From assembly GCA_002376945.1 (NCBI GenBank), contig DFOX01000009.1, positions 1,340 to 65,339 of the forward strand: 64,000 nucleotides of DNA, in the 5' to 3' direction. This DNA is from Patescibacteria group bacterium UBA3530 (GTDB lineage: Bacteria; Patescibacteriota; Minisyncoccia; Phycocordibacterales; UBA2100). Below the pieces are notes generated by a model that saw nothing but the letters and a program-made list of their open reading frames with translations, did no database searches and was not told the DNA's origin. The translations under genes were made by a program, and so were the position numbers. Positions 27,472 to 37,961 of the stretch are shown one piece after another (the first letter of the stretch is position 1; each line of letters begins with the position of its first letter).

Positions 27472-29001
27472 TTATCGAGCAAATTCAATGGAACGACTCT
27501 CTCGAATGACATTAATCTTAATCTCACCAGGATAGTTCATTTCGTCTTCTATCTGCAAGGCAATGTTTCGTGCGAGTTCTTTAGCTTGCAAATCAGTTAT
27601 TTCGTCTGGTTTTACAAACACACGCACTTCGCGACCTGCTGCGATGGCATAACTCTTTTCCACGCCCGGATTTCCATCAGCAATTTTCTCAAGATCCTCT
27701 AGGCGCTTAATGTAATTCTCCACAGAATCTCGTCGTGCACCCGGACGTCCTCCTGAGATAGCGTCAGCGACTTGCACAATGTAACTTTCCGGATTTGAGT
27801 ATGGGTATTCTTCGTGATGAGCTTCCATGGACTTAATGACCTCAGGATCAACATCGAATTTTTGCAGTATCCGACGTCCAATCTCAACGTGCGTTCCAGT
27901 CACTTCGTGATCAACTGCCTTTCCAATGTCGTGGAGCAATGCTCCCGCACGTGCAACTTGTACATTTGCTCCAATTTCCTCCGCGATAATTGCTGCAACA
28001 TGTGCCATTTCAACAGAGTGAGCGAGAACATTTTGTCCGTAACTGGTTCGAAAGTGCAGGCGACCAAGAACAATCAACAGTTTTGGATCGAGATTGTGCA
28101 CATGCGCTTCAAATGCCGCCTCTTCACCGCGTTTTTTGATTATGACATTGATTTCTTCGCGTGCTTTTTCTACCGTTTCTTCAATTTTAGCCGGCTGAAT
28201 GCGTCCATCAATAACGAGGTTTTCCAAGGCCACGCGTGCAACCTGACGGCGTACCGGGTCGAATGAAGAAATGGTGATTGCCCCAGGTGTGTCGTCCACA
28301 ATCACATCAACACCGGCCGCTCTTTCAAACGCTCGAATATTGCGCCCTTCTTTACCGATAATTTTCCCTTTAATTTCATCATTTGGGATAGCCACCGTGG
28401 TTGAGATAACATCTGATTGAAGATTATTTCCAATACGGTGAATTGCGGTGGTTAAAATTTCTTGCGCACGTTGTTCATATTTTTCTTCACCGGCACGTTC
28501 CAATTTCAAAAGACGCACGTTCAAGTCCTCTTCGTGTATTTTTTTCACTTGCTCGAGAAGTTCTTTTTTCGCCTCTTCGGTTGAGAGACCGGCAACTTTT
28601 TGCAACGCTTCTTCTCGTTCGCCAAGGGTTTTCTCTGCTTTTTCGCGGAGTTCCTTCACCTTGTCCGCCTTGGCCTTGACCTCATCTTCGTCTTCATCCA
28701 GATCACCCTGACGTTTATCCAAAAGCTCTTCTCGCCGAATGAGACGTTCTTCGGTTTTTTTAAGATCTCCTTCTTTTTCTTTCAGTTCCTGAGTACGTTC
28801 GTTGATAATAGATTCAGCTTTTCGTTCAGCATCTTCCGTGATGCGTTTTGCATCTTCCTTCGCTTCAAGCATCATTTGCTTGATTTGCAACTCCATCGAT
28901 CCGCGTTTACCCAAAGATACTATCCATCGGAGGAAGTATCCAAATCCAACGCCAAACACTGCTGCGAGCAGCAGAAGCATGATTATTACTTTTAAGGACA
29001 T
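27472..29001 (-). CDS. rny: Ribonuclease Y
   Basis: N-terminal TM, coiled coil, KH (GKIIGKEGRNI), HD (LLHDIGK), RPGAR. Confidence 0.96.
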   Translation of the reverse strand: MSLKVIIMLLLLAAVFGVGFGYFLRWIVSLGKRGSMELQIKQMMLEAKEDAKRITEDAERKAESIINERTQELKEKEGDLKKTEERLIRREELLDKRQGDLDEDEDEVKAKADKVKELREKAEKTLGEREEALQKVAGLSTEEAKKELLEQVKKIHEEDLNVRLLKLERAGEEKYEQRAQEILTTAIHRIGNNLQSDVISTTVAIPNDEIKGKIIGKEGRNIRAFERAAGVDVIVDDTPGAITISSFDPVRRQVARVALENLVIDGRIQPAKIEETVEKAREEINVIIKKRGEEAAFEAHVHNLDPKLLIVLGRLHFRTSYGQNVLAHSVEMAHVAAIIAEEIGANVQVARAGALLHDIGKAVDHEVTGTHVEIGRRILQKFDVDPEVIKSMEAHHEEYPYSNPESYIVQVADAISGGRPGARRDSVENYIKRLEDLEKIADGNPGVEKSYAIAAGREVRVFVKPDEITDLQAKELARNIALQIEDEMNYPGEIKINVIRESRSIEFAR

Positions 29002-29171
29002 ATACGTTTCTGCCCGTTGTTCTTACACGTTATTTAGTTTTATGTGGTGTGTGAATGAGTGTTCGTATCGGTACATAAAGCAGTCATCAGTGTCAGAAAA
29101 ACGGAAAATTAATTGATTAAACCAATGGCGAAAGCATACCAGAAAAATATCAATCTGTAAAAGAGGTGCTT

Positions 29172-29765
29172 CTATTGCATCACTTTATCGATAATACCGT
29201 ATTTCTTGGCCTCTTCGGCGGTCATAAAGTAGTCGCGATCTACGTCATGCTCAATTTTGGACAGTTTTTGTCCGGTAGATTGAGCCAAGATATTATTTAT
29301 TGATTCACGCAAACGCAAAATGTATTTGGCACTAATTTCTATATCAGACGCTTGACCTTGTGCTCCTCCATGAGGTTGATGAATCATAACATCCGAGTTT
29401 TTGAGTGCGTAGCGCTTCCCTTTAGCTCCTCCGGCGAGAAGTACCGATCCCATGGACGCAGCCATACCGACACATATGGTCGATACATCAGGTTTTATAT
29501 GATGCATGGTATCGAGAATTGCTAGTCCGGCGGTTACATGACCACCGGGAGAGTTAATGTAAAAAGAAATATCAGCATCAGGGTCTTCTGATTGCAGGAA
29601 GAGAAGTTGTGCGATAATGAGATTAGCCACTTGATCGTCAATTGGCCCGCCAAGAAAAATGATGCGCTCTTTGAGTAGGCGAGAGTAGATATCATATGCT
29701 CGTTCACCAAATTGTCCTTTTTCGACAACCATAGGAACAAGTTGTGCTTTTGGTTCGTGTGTCAT
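29172..29765 (-). CDS. clpP: ATP-dependent Clp protease proteolytic subunit
   Basis: [33 protein letters not shown]. Confidence 0.97.
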   Translation of the reverse strand: MTHEPKAQLVPMVVEKGQFGERAYDIYSRLLKERIIFLGGPIDDQVANLIIAQLLFLQSEDPDADISFYINSPGGHVTAGLAILDTMHHIKPDVSTICVGMAASMGSVLLAGGAKGKRYALKNSDVMIHQPHGGAQGQASDIEISAKYILRLRESINNILAQSTGQKLSKIEHDVDRDYFMTAEEAKKYGIIDKVMQ

Positions 29766-29782
29766 ATGTCGGAACTATATCC

Positions 29783-30859
29783 CTATTTCCCCACTTCTTC
29801 AAGGAATGTGAACACCATTTCATTACGTTTGGTGGTTTCCACGTACATGCGTACGTTTTCTTCTTCTGCCTGCGGGTAGTGCTGCAAGACGTGCGCCACT
29901 TCTCGTTGCACTTCCTCTGCATCAGGTTTAATGCGCTCGTTTTTTGAGATGGTGTTAAGAATCAGTTGCAACTTTGCTCGCTTCTCGGCTTCCGGCACCC
30001 ATTCTTCTCGCAGATTCTCGATTGTTTTGTCTATATTCTTTAAATAGTCCTCCAGTTTTGTTCCGGTGTGAGCAATTTCCGCTTCCATCTGAGCTTGTAT
30101 ACGATGCAATTCTTGATCAACGAGAAGTTGAGGTAACGTAATCTTTGAATCAGCGATAATTTTTTCGACTGTCGCAATGCGCTTCTTGTCCTTTGCACGC
30201 AACTTCTTCTCCTCAAGAATATTTTCTCTCACTTTTGCTTCAAAGTCGGCAACTGTCTTAAAATCACCCAAAGTTTGTACGAATTCGTCGGTGAGCTCAG
30301 GCAATTCGTCGTCCTTAATTTCCGGTACGGAAGGATTTTCAACACCATCTTTCTTTTGTTGCTCGTAACCCTCAACATGCGCTCGCTGACGACGAACGTG
30401 AGTGAGAGTATCTTCCAGTTCTTTGTCGGTTACCTCAAAAGTTTCTTCCGTGCTAAAGATATCGTAAGCAGTTTTCTTGTAATCTGAGAGCTGTATTGCA
30501 GGCATCACTGCGGTAGTTGCAGTGAATTCCAGAGGGTTATCCTTTGCAAGTTTCTTAATGTGTATTTGAGGAGATCCAATAGCATCTATCTTTTCTGAAA
30601 CAATGATGGTCGGATATATTGCAGCGAGCGCCAAGTTACCGGCTTTCTCCATAACACGGCTCTCACCGAGATGTCCGAGAAGCATGTCTTCTGGAACATT
30701 TCCTTTACGAAACCCAGGTACTTCAACATCTGCCCCAAGTGTTTGGATCGCCTGTTCACGGTATGTGGTAACTACCTCGGCAGGAATGGTTGCAGAAATC
30801 TCATACTCGGAGTTTCCAAGGTCTTTTGTTTGTAAATCGGTATATTGTGTTGTATGCAT
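29783..30859 (-). CDS. tig: Trigger factor (short form, PPIase domain apparently absent)
   Basis: Ribosome-binding signature VPGFRKGNVP; adjacent to clpP. Confidence 0.88.
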   Translation of the reverse strand: MHTTQYTDLQTKDLGNSEYEISATIPAEVVTTYREQAIQTLGADVEVPGFRKGNVPEDMLLGHLGESRVMEKAGNLALAAIYPTIIVSEKIDAIGSPQIHIKKLAKDNPLEFTATTAVMPAIQLSDYKKTAYDIFSTEETFEVTDKELEDTLTHVRRQRAHVEGYEQQKKDGVENPSVPEIKDDELPELTDEFVQTLGDFKTVADFEAKVRENILEEKKLRAKDKKRIATVEKIIADSKITLPQLLVDQELHRIQAQMEAEIAHTGTKLEDYLKNIDKTIENLREEWVPEAEKRAKLQLILNTISKNERIKPDAEEVQREVAHVLQHYPQAEEENVRMYVETTKRNEMVFTFLEEVGK

Positions 30860-30937
30860 GCGGCGGAGTGTAGCAGCAGAGAAGAGAAAATGCAAAAACC
30901 CGCGAATGGTTCACGGGTTTTATCTGTATGAAATGTG

Positions 30938-31267
30938 TTACAGTTCCGCTTCCAGTGCGCCCAATCCCGCATCGAGTTCTGCTTCAAAACCAGCAACATC
31001 AAATGCATCTAACTCGCTTTCAAGTTGTACCGGATTATCTTGTGCATCCGCAATGTCTTCAACGGGAACAACGCCGATCTCGCTTTCTTGATTGTTTAGT
31101 TTTGTGCCCCACATGTACAGACCTCCGAAAATAAGGATAATGATGATAACTACTATTCCGACAATTGGTCCCACTCCTTCCTTCTTTGGTTCTGCGGGAG
31201 TTTCTACACCTTCTGTTGCGGGAGTTTCGTTCTCCACGGGTGGAGTGGTGTTAAATTCTTGTTCCAT
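30938..31267 (-). CDS. Small acidic single-TM hypothetical protein
   Basis: GPIVGIVVIIIILIFGGLYMWG TM segment. Confidence 0.75.
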   Translation of the reverse strand: MEQEFNTTPPVENETPATEGVETPAEPKKEGVGPIVGIVVIIIILIFGGLYMWGTKLNNQESEIGVVPVEDIADAQDNPVQLESELDAFDVAGFEAELDAGLGALEAEL

Positions 31268-31293
31268 ACGTTACGTAATTATTGGTTTTTAAT

Positions 31294-32265
31294 CTATTCC
31301 TCCGGCTCTGATACTCTGCCGAGAGATCTAAGTTCCTTAATTGCTGCTCCCAACGCTTTGTGGGATTCTCTGACCGCTACCGATGCAGCTCGCACTGATG
31401 TTTTTACCTCGTCCAAGTGTTCTCGTGGCGTTTCTGATTCAAGCATTGTGGTAAAGAGGATTCGAGCGTCAGAAAGTGCAATGGCAGCATCCGCGATAGC
31501 TATTTCGGCGACATTGGTGGCAGCTTCTACTGACGTGGTATCTACTCCATTTGCTGCAAGTTCGGCGATTTTGTTATTCACCCGATCAAGAATGTCAGTG
31601 AAGTTCTCAAGTGCCCGTGCAATCCTGTCTAGAATACCCTCAAGATGTCCCTTGATTCTTTCACCAACCTCTGATTGGATTTCCGCTGTAAGTTCCTTAC
31701 GGTTTTCCTTAAATGCTGCTCGCATTTCTTCTGCGCGAGCGCGAAATGCCGCTCTTCGCTCAAGAGCTTCTTTCCTCATTTCTGCCCTCTCTTCCTTTGC
31801 GGCCTCGAGGATAGCCTGTCGTTCTTCTGGAGTTTCCGCTGCATCTAGTGCCTCTTTTATTTCATTGCGACGATTGTCTACCTCAGTTTGTATCTCATCA
31901 CGAATCTCTCGTGCTTCGCTTTGTAATCCTCGACGCATCTCTTCACCCTCTCTTTGGAGTTCGTCACGTCTTTTGTTGACACCCTCTCTAAAATCGACAC
32001 TTCTTTCCTTGAATGTTTCTCGTTTTTCTTTAACGGCATCACGGAATGCGTTCCTCTCTTCTCGATTCTCTTGTAGCTTCGTGCGCAATCCTTCTGCTGT
32101 ATCAACATCCGGACGTTGCAAAGACTTGAAGCGTACCGGACGAGGTTCTTGTTGTTCAATGCCTGTAGCGTCAAGTTCTTGAGCCGTGGCTGGAACGGCC
32201 AGTACAAATGCAAGTAGTAGTGCAGCAGCTATACTCGATACTACTGATGTATGGGTAATAGTCAT
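31294..32265 (-). CDS. Secreted coiled-coil hypothetical protein
   Basis: Signal peptide followed by a long E/R/K-rich helical region. Confidence 0.75.
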   Translation of the reverse strand: MTITHTSVVSSIAAALLLAFVLAVPATAQELDATGIEQQEPRPVRFKSLQRPDVDTAEGLRTKLQENREERNAFRDAVKEKRETFKERSVDFREGVNKRRDELQREGEEMRRGLQSEAREIRDEIQTEVDNRRNEIKEALDAAETPEERQAILEAAKEERAEMRKEALERRAAFRARAEEMRAAFKENRKELTAEIQSEVGERIKGHLEGILDRIARALENFTDILDRVNNKIAELAANGVDTTSVEAATNVAEIAIADAAIALSDARILFTTMLESETPREHLDEVKTSVRAASVAVRESHKALGAAIKELRSLGRVSEPEE

Positions 32266-32378
32266 GGTATGTATTGATATTTTTAATCTTATGAATCTAT
32301 ATTAACGTGATTCTATCTTTTATAATAACACCCCGTATCACTAAAGCGAATACAGGGTGTTATCTTGTGGTGAGGAAT

Positions 32379-32900
32379 CTATTGATTACCCTCTGCGTAC
32401 ATTTTCTGACTTTTTTCAAATGCTTCTTTTGCTTGGCGAGCTCCGTGCCATTCTCCCACACTTACTTCTTTGTTCTGCACTTTTTTGTATGTTTCAAAAA
32501 AGTGCGACATTTCTTTTATAAAGTGTGGATTAAGATCATTAATATCCGTTACATCATCAAATCGAGGGTCTTCAATCGGAACGGCCACCACTTTATCATC
32601 TCGCTCTCCACCATCAATCATTTCCATAATCGCTACCGGACGTGCCCTCACCAAAATTCCAGGCGCAAGAGGGTATGTCGTTACCAACACCACATCAAGC
32701 GCATCTCCATCGTCAAAGAGTGTTTGAGGAACGAATCCGTAGTCAAACGGGTAGTCTTGAGCAGTGTGCATTACACGGTCAAGAGCTATCATTCCCGTAT
32801 GCTTATCAATCTCATATTTATTCTTCGAGAATTTAGGAATTTCGATGATGACATTCATCTCTTCTTTTGTGCCTGAAGATATGTCGTGTAGTAGGTTCAT
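32379..32900 (-). CDS. ppa: Inorganic pyrophosphatase (family I)
   Basis: EIPKFSKNKYE, YGFVPQTLFDDGDALD, DDKVVAV. Confidence 0.96.
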   Translation of the reverse strand: MNLLHDISSGTKEEMNVIIEIPKFSKNKYEIDKHTGMIALDRVMHTAQDYPFDYGFVPQTLFDDGDALDVVLVTTYPLAPGILVRARPVAIMEMIDGGERDDKVVAVPIEDPRFDDVTDINDLNPHFIKEMSHFFETYKKVQNKEVSVGEWHGARQAKEAFEKSQKMYAEGNQ

Positions 32901-32980
32901 GGTATTTTGTTACTCGCTAAGGATTGTATTGTAGCGTATCGCATGAAGGTATTCCATGTAAAGCGATGTACGTGAGAAAG

Positions 32981-34183
32981 TTACTCCTCGGCTTTTTCTG
33001 CAACCACTTCGTCCATTGTTTCAACAGTGTCCTCGGTCACGGTAACATCACCTTCTTCGGTTGATTCGGCAAGAGCTTCACCGCCAACTGATGTGATATC
33101 GATACCCCAACCAGTTAATTTGGCAGCAAGACGTACATTTTGACCCCCGCGACCAATGGCGAGAGATTGTTGATCCTCAGTGACCTCAACCACGGCACGT
33201 TTTTCTCCTTCTGCGTCTTCTGCAATGGCAACACTGATTACCTCGGCAGGAGAGAGCGCTCGTTCAATAAATTCCGCAGAATCTTCTGAATAGTCAATAA
33301 TATCGATTTTCTCACCACCAAGCTCACTCGTGACAGTTGAGACCCGAACGCCTCGTTGACCAACAAGTGATCCAACAGGATCGATATGATCGTCTGTGGT
33401 GATAACGGCAAGTTTAGATCGAGAACCTGCTTCACGAGCAACAGCTTTTATTTCAATAGTTCCGTTGGCGAGCTCAGGAGACTCTATCTCGAAGAGTTTC
33501 ACCAGGAATTGGGGATGCGATCTGGAAAGTTTCAAGAATGTTCCACGAGGAGATTCATCCACTTTGTACAAAAGAGCGCGAATACGTTCCCCTTGTCGAT
33601 ACCGTTCCCCTGGAATCTGCTCTTCGTAGGGAAGAATGCCGGTTGTTCGTCCAAGATCAACGTATAGGTTGCCTCGCTCAAATCTCTGTACGTGTCCTGA
33701 TACTACCTCGCCTTCTCGTTCTCCGAATTCCTCAAGAATTGATACTTTCTCAGCTTCTCGAATCTTTTGCATAATCACCTGCTTTGCTGTCTGTGCAGCG
33801 ATGCGTCCAAAGTCCTCCTGTGCTTCCAATGGAAAGTCAATTTCATCATCCAAATGTACATCCTTCCTAATATGACGCGCGTCAGCGATCATAATGTGGT
33901 GCTCTGGATTAAATCGAGTGCGTTCATCATCATCAGACTCCTCCTCATCATCCTGTCGTACGAGTGTTTCGTCAACTACAATTTTAATCTGTCGGAACTC
34001 AACATCACCCAAATCCATATTAAAGGATGCACGAATGATTTGCCCCTTCTTTCCGTATTCTTTCTTGTATGCTGCAGCAAGCGATTGTTCAATTGCGCTC
34101 AGCACTTTTTCTCGCGGAATACCACGATCCTCTTCAAGTTCAGCTAATACTGAGTTGATTACCTTAAGGTCGAATAAGCTCAT
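32981..34183 (-). CDS. nusA: Transcription termination/antitermination factor NusA
   Basis: FGRIAAQTAKQV, S1 and KH domains (AREAGSRSK, LAIGRGGQNVRLAAKLTG). Confidence 0.96.
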   Translation of the reverse strand: MSLFDLKVINSVLAELEEDRGIPREKVLSAIEQSLAAAYKKEYGKKGQIIRASFNMDLGDVEFRQIKIVVDETLVRQDDEEESDDDERTRFNPEHHIMIADARHIRKDVHLDDEIDFPLEAQEDFGRIAAQTAKQVIMQKIREAEKVSILEEFGEREGEVVSGHVQRFERGNLYVDLGRTTGILPYEEQIPGERYRQGERIRALLYKVDESPRGTFLKLSRSHPQFLVKLFEIESPELANGTIEIKAVAREAGSRSKLAVITTDDHIDPVGSLVGQRGVRVSTVTSELGGEKIDIIDYSEDSAEFIERALSPAEVISVAIAEDAEGEKRAVVEVTEDQQSLAIGRGGQNVRLAAKLTGWGIDITSVGGEALAESTEEGDVTVTEDTVETMDEVVAEKAEE

Positions 34184-34253
34184 AGGCGTGTCTTAATGTT
34201 TTAATAAAAAGTTCCGGCTGATGCCGGACTAATCAATAACGGTATGTGCGGGT

Positions 34254-34282
34254 AATATACGGTATACGAGGCAATAAGTCAA
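34254..34282 (-). promoter_or_regulatory. nusA proximal sigma70 promoter
   Basis: TTGACT (34282-34277), 17 bp spacer, TATATT (34259-34254). Confidence 0.65.
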
Positions 34283-34283
34283 G

Positions 34284-34375
34284 AAAAAAGCCTGTGTGGC
34301 ATCCCTCCGTCTTTGGGCTGGAGACGAAGACATACCGCACAGGCCCGGCACCCTCGAGCCGGAGAGGGTGCCGCT
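34284..34375 (-). ncRNA. Putative two-hairpin small RNA or attenuator leader upstream of nusA
   Basis: A TTGACA-18-TATATT promoter (34411-34382), then a 10-bp GC hairpin, a ~21-bp hairpin whose G-U pairs work only on the minus strand, and a U6 tract. Confidence 0.55.
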
Positions 34376-34521
34376 TGATTGAATATACACTATCGGTACT
34401 TCGTGTGTCAAAGTCATGAAAAGCACCACCGACGGATTTCTACACAACCCAAGAGAAGGAGATACGACAAACACTTGATATACTTACAACATAAAGGGCA
34501 CGTCTGTGCTCATGTGTGAAT

Positions 34522-36267
34522 ATGTACATTAACGATGAACAATTACGAGAGTTTCTCGGTGACTCAGGTCTTGTCTCAGAGAAGAAGTTTGATGCTGTAT
34601 TACGGAAGGCGGAGAAGAAAGGTGTTTCGGCGAGCGACATGCTTGTTTCAGAAGGTGAATTGTCAGAAGATGATTTGCGACGGTCGCATGCATACGTACT
34701 GGGCATTCCTTTTGTGGATTTGTCTCACACCAAGCCGGATCTCAACACACTGGCACTGATACCCGAACCCATTGCTCGGAGAAATAACATTGTTGCCTTT
34801 CGACAGGAGGGAAATGAACTTGAGGTAGCCATGCTTGATACTGATGATTTGGCAGCGATTGATTTCGTAAAGAAAAAGACCCAATTGAAAATCCTCCCTC
34901 GTTTGACTGACAATGAGTCAATTAAACATATGTTGCGACAGTATCAGAAGTCTCTGAGAGATGAGTTGGGGGACGTGATTGCTCGTGAATCTCAAACACT
35001 TGAGAAGTTTGGAAAATTACAACCCGAAAATGAACAAGATTTAAGAAAGTTGGCAGAGGGTGTGCCTGCGGTGCGAGTTCTCGATTCGCTACTACGGCAT
35101 GCAATAGTGCAAAATGCATCTGATATCCATATTGAACCGCGAGAAGATGCGCTCCTTGTTCGCTATCGCATCGACGGATTGTTACATGATGCAATGTCAT
35201 TACCAAAAAGCGCATCGGCATCGATAACCGCTCGGGTGAAAGTACTTGCGAGTCTCCGATTGGATGAAAAACGTCTTCCACAAGATGGAAGATTTAGAAT
35301 GGAAACCGATGGTGATCGCGTTTCTTTTCGTGTTTCCGTGTTGCCAACTCATCATGGAGAGAAAACGGTAATGCGTCTTTTGCGAGAAGATGTATCTGGA
35401 TTCACCCTCGAGTCTCTCGGTTTTCACGGAGAGGGATTGGAACGTATACACGAGGCAACACGAAAAAAGACAGGGCTCATCTTAGTCACCGGACCAACCG
35501 GGTCAGGAAAATCTACGACTCTCTACACCATACTAGATATTTTGAACACACCAGATGTGAATATTTCAACTGTTGAAGATCCAATTGAATATCAAATGCC
35601 ACGCATTAACCAAACACAGGTAAAACCCGATATAGGGTTCACTTTTGCAACCGGGTTGAGAAGTCTCGTGCGACAAGACCCTGATATTATCATGGTGGGG
35701 GAAATTAGAGACAGAGAAACTGCTGCACTTGCAATTAATGCAGCCCTTACCGGACACTTGGTGCTTTCAACGCTCCACACCAATTCTGCTTCAGGAGCTG
35801 TTCCTCGGCTGTTGGACATGGGTGTAGAACCATTTCTATTGGCATCAGTGCTCCAAGTGGTGGTGGGACAACGACTGGTGCGAACACTGTGTACGGAAAA
35901 AGATGAACAGAAGCTTTCTGCGGCAGAACTTGGTTCACTGGAAAAACATGCAGATATGGGAGCAATCCTCGATGCGCTGAAGGATGAAGAAATGATTTCC
36001 AAAAAAGCTACGTGGAAAAGCATTTCGATTGCCAAAGAAAAATCAACTCCCGAATGCGAGTCGGGCTATAGCGGGAGGAGGGGTATACAGGAGATACTCA
36101 CGGTAAGTGAAGCGATAAAGCAACTTATACTCGAAGGCGCCTCCACAGACAAGATTGAATCACAAGCACGAAAGGAGGGGATGCTCACCATGCTTGAGGA
36201 TGGTGTATACAAAACAGTAGTAGGAACAACGAGTCTCGCTGAAGTGTTGCGCGTAGTTTCAGAATAG
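34522..36267 (+). CDS. pilB: Type IV pilus assembly ATPase PilB/GspE
   Basis: ASDIHIEP, RLPQDGR, GPTGSGKSTT, EDPIEY, RQDPDIIMVGEIRD, TGHLVLSTLH. Confidence 0.93.
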   Translation: MYINDEQLREFLGDSGLVSEKKFDAVLRKAEKKGVSASDMLVSEGELSEDDLRRSHAYVLGIPFVDLSHTKPDLNTLALIPEPIARRNNIVAFRQEGNELEVAMLDTDDLAAIDFVKKKTQLKILPRLTDNESIKHMLRQYQKSLRDELGDVIARESQTLEKFGKLQPENEQDLRKLAEGVPAVRVLDSLLRHAIVQNASDIHIEPREDALLVRYRIDGLLHDAMSLPKSASASITARVKVLASLRLDEKRLPQDGRFRMETDGDRVSFRVSVLPTHHGEKTVMRLLREDVSGFTLESLGFHGEGLERIHEATRKKTGLILVTGPTGSGKSTTLYTILDILNTPDVNISTVEDPIEYQMPRINQTQVKPDIGFTFATGLRSLVRQDPDIIMVGEIRDRETAALAINAALTGHLVLSTLHTNSASGAVPRLLDMGVEPFLLASVLQVVVGQRLVRTLCTEKDEQKLSAAELGSLEKHADMGAILDALKDEEMISKKATWKSISIAKEKSTPECESGYSGRRGIQEILTVSEAIKQLILEGASTDKIESQARKEGMLTMLEDGVYKTVVGTTSLAEVLRVVSE

Positions 36268-36269
36268 GT

Positions 36270-37478
36270 ATGAAATTTACATATACAGCAGAACGTCATG
36301 GCGAAACATACACCGGTACCATTGAGGCCAATGATCGCTTTGAAGTGTACCGTCAGGTGCGTGCTGAGGGAGGGGTGATCGTAAACGTAAATTCAGAGTC
36401 AAAAATAGTATGGAGTTTTTCGTATTGGAACGCCCGACTCTCCACCATCAAAGAGCACGACAAAATTATTCTTGCGTCGAACCTCTCGGCGATGCTTGAA
36501 GCTGGGTTGCCGGTCTCTCGGGCACTTGCGGTCGCCGAGAGACAGGCAAAAAACCCCAAACTTATCCAAGTACTCAGACTGGTTCGTGGAGACATCCAAA
36601 AGGGAGGCACGTTGCATACTGCGCTTGAGAGATTTCCTCATGTGTTTTCAAAGCTTTTCATCGCCATGGTGCGCGCAGGAGAAGAGTCCGGGACATTGGA
36701 CATGGCACTTAAGAGTATTGCCAGTCAACTCGAGAGTGCCTATCAATTAAAAAAAAGAATCAAAGGAGCACTTATTTACCCCAGCATTATTGTCATAGCA
36801 ATTGTGGGTATTGGGTTTTTAATGATGACTAGAGTGGTTCCCACACTCTCTAAAACATTTAAAGAGCTTGGTGCTGAATTACCTACAGCAACACAGGCGA
36901 TTGTTTCGGCAAGTGATTTTTTGGTGAATTACACTGCATTTTTCGCCGTTGGTCTCGTACTATGTATATTGGGAATACATGCTGCGCTTAAAACCACCAC
37001 AGGACAAAGAAGCCGTGACAAACTATTGCTCGTGATGCCACTGATTGGGACATTGGTGAGGGAAATCAATTCAGCGAGAACGGCACGAACTTTTGCATCG
37101 CTTCTTGAGGCGGGTGTTGACGTAGTGACGTCTCTTGAAATTACGGAACAAGTGGTGCAAAACCACTATCACAAAGATGTACTTCGTCTTGCTCAGAAAA
37201 AAGTACAGAAGGGAGAGCAATTATCAGAAGTATTTATGAAAAGAGAGGATCTTTATCCACCACTCATGTCAGAAATGCTTTTAGTTGGAGAGGAGACTGG
37301 AGCACTCGCAGATATGCTGGTACGAGTTGCTGATTTTTATGAAAGTGAGGTAACGCAAAAAACAAAAAACATGTCCACCATCATTGAGCCGTTCTTAATG
37401 CTGCTCATTGGAGGGGCGGTTGGGTTCTTTGCGATTGCGATGGTGGGCCCAATATACTCACTATCGGAAGCGTTCTAA
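36270..37478 (+). CDS. pilC: Type IV pilus platform protein PilC/GspF
   Basis: Two T2SSF domains (AGEESGTL, GEETGAL; IIEP). Confidence 0.92.
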   Translation: MKFTYTAERHGETYTGTIEANDRFEVYRQVRAEGGVIVNVNSESKIVWSFSYWNARLSTIKEHDKIILASNLSAMLEAGLPVSRALAVAERQAKNPKLIQVLRLVRGDIQKGGTLHTALERFPHVFSKLFIAMVRAGEESGTLDMALKSIASQLESAYQLKKRIKGALIYPSIIVIAIVGIGFLMMTRVVPTLSKTFKELGAELPTATQAIVSASDFLVNYTAFFAVGLVLCILGIHAALKTTTGQRSRDKLLLVMPLIGTLVREINSARTARTFASLLEAGVDVVTSLEITEQVVQNHYHKDVLRLAQKKVQKGEQLSEVFMKREDLYPPLMSEMLLVGEETGALADMLVRVADFYESEVTQKTKNMSTIIEPFLMLLIGGAVGFFAIAMVGPIYSLSEAF

Positions 37479-37501
37479 GTGTAATGCGGTACAATACGAA
37501 T

Positions 37502-37960
37502 ATGAATAGACGCGTTCTTTCCTCGCAAGGTTCAGGTTTAATTGAAGTGGTTGTAGCTTCAGCTTTGCTGCTCACGGTGTTTGTAGGTCTTTTTACCGTG
37601 CTGCAACTCAGTACCAAATTAGCGACTGATAACAAAGCGCATACGGGAGCAACAGCACTTGCAGTTGAGCGGATGGAATACATTCGGAGTCTAGACTACT
37701 CCGTAGTGGGGGTCGTGGGCGGAGACCCGCAAGGAGTGCTTGAAGCAACTGAAAACATCACGCTCAATACCGTTGCATACACACGCGACACCACCATCGT
37801 GTATGTAGATGATGAAAAAGATGGATTAGGAGGATCTGATGTAAACGGAATCAGTAATGACTACAAGCGAGTAAAAGTTGAAGTGTCATGGCAGAGCCCT
37901 TCCGGTACTCGATCGTCCACCATAGTGAGCGACATAGCAGGGTTACAAATAGAACAGTAA
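37502..37960 (+). CDS. Minor pilin (PilV-like)
   Basis: QG|SGLIEVVVA prepilin-like N-terminus and KRVKVEVSW. Confidence 0.8.
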   Translation: MNRRVLSSQGSGLIEVVVASALLLTVFVGLFTVLQLSTKLATDNKAHTGATALAVERMEYIRSLDYSVVGVVGGDPQGVLEATENITLNTVAYTRDTTIVYVDDEKDGLGGSDVNGISNDYKRVKVEVSWQSPSGTRSSTIVSDIAGLQIEQ

Positions 37961-37961
37961 T

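Noticed and set aside
28994-29001. ATGTCCTT copy at the rny start (and another at 40627 in tpiA)
   Set aside because: These are isolated copies within coding sequence, matching chance expectation, so they were not counted in the clusters.
31259-32182. 307-aa plus-strand ORF
   Set aside because: It is the antisense shadow of the coiled-coil gene 31294-32265; its Ser/Ala/Arg-rich composition is typical of shadow frames.
34284-34375. SRP (4.5S) RNA or tRNA identity for the hairpin RNA
   Set aside because: It lacks the SRP domain IV GGAA loop with CAGG/AGCA internal loop, and has no T-loop or cloverleaf.
34412-34515. oriC at the main gene-orientation switch
   Set aside because: No DnaA-box cluster is visible here. 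It remains an alternative only if GC skew points to it.
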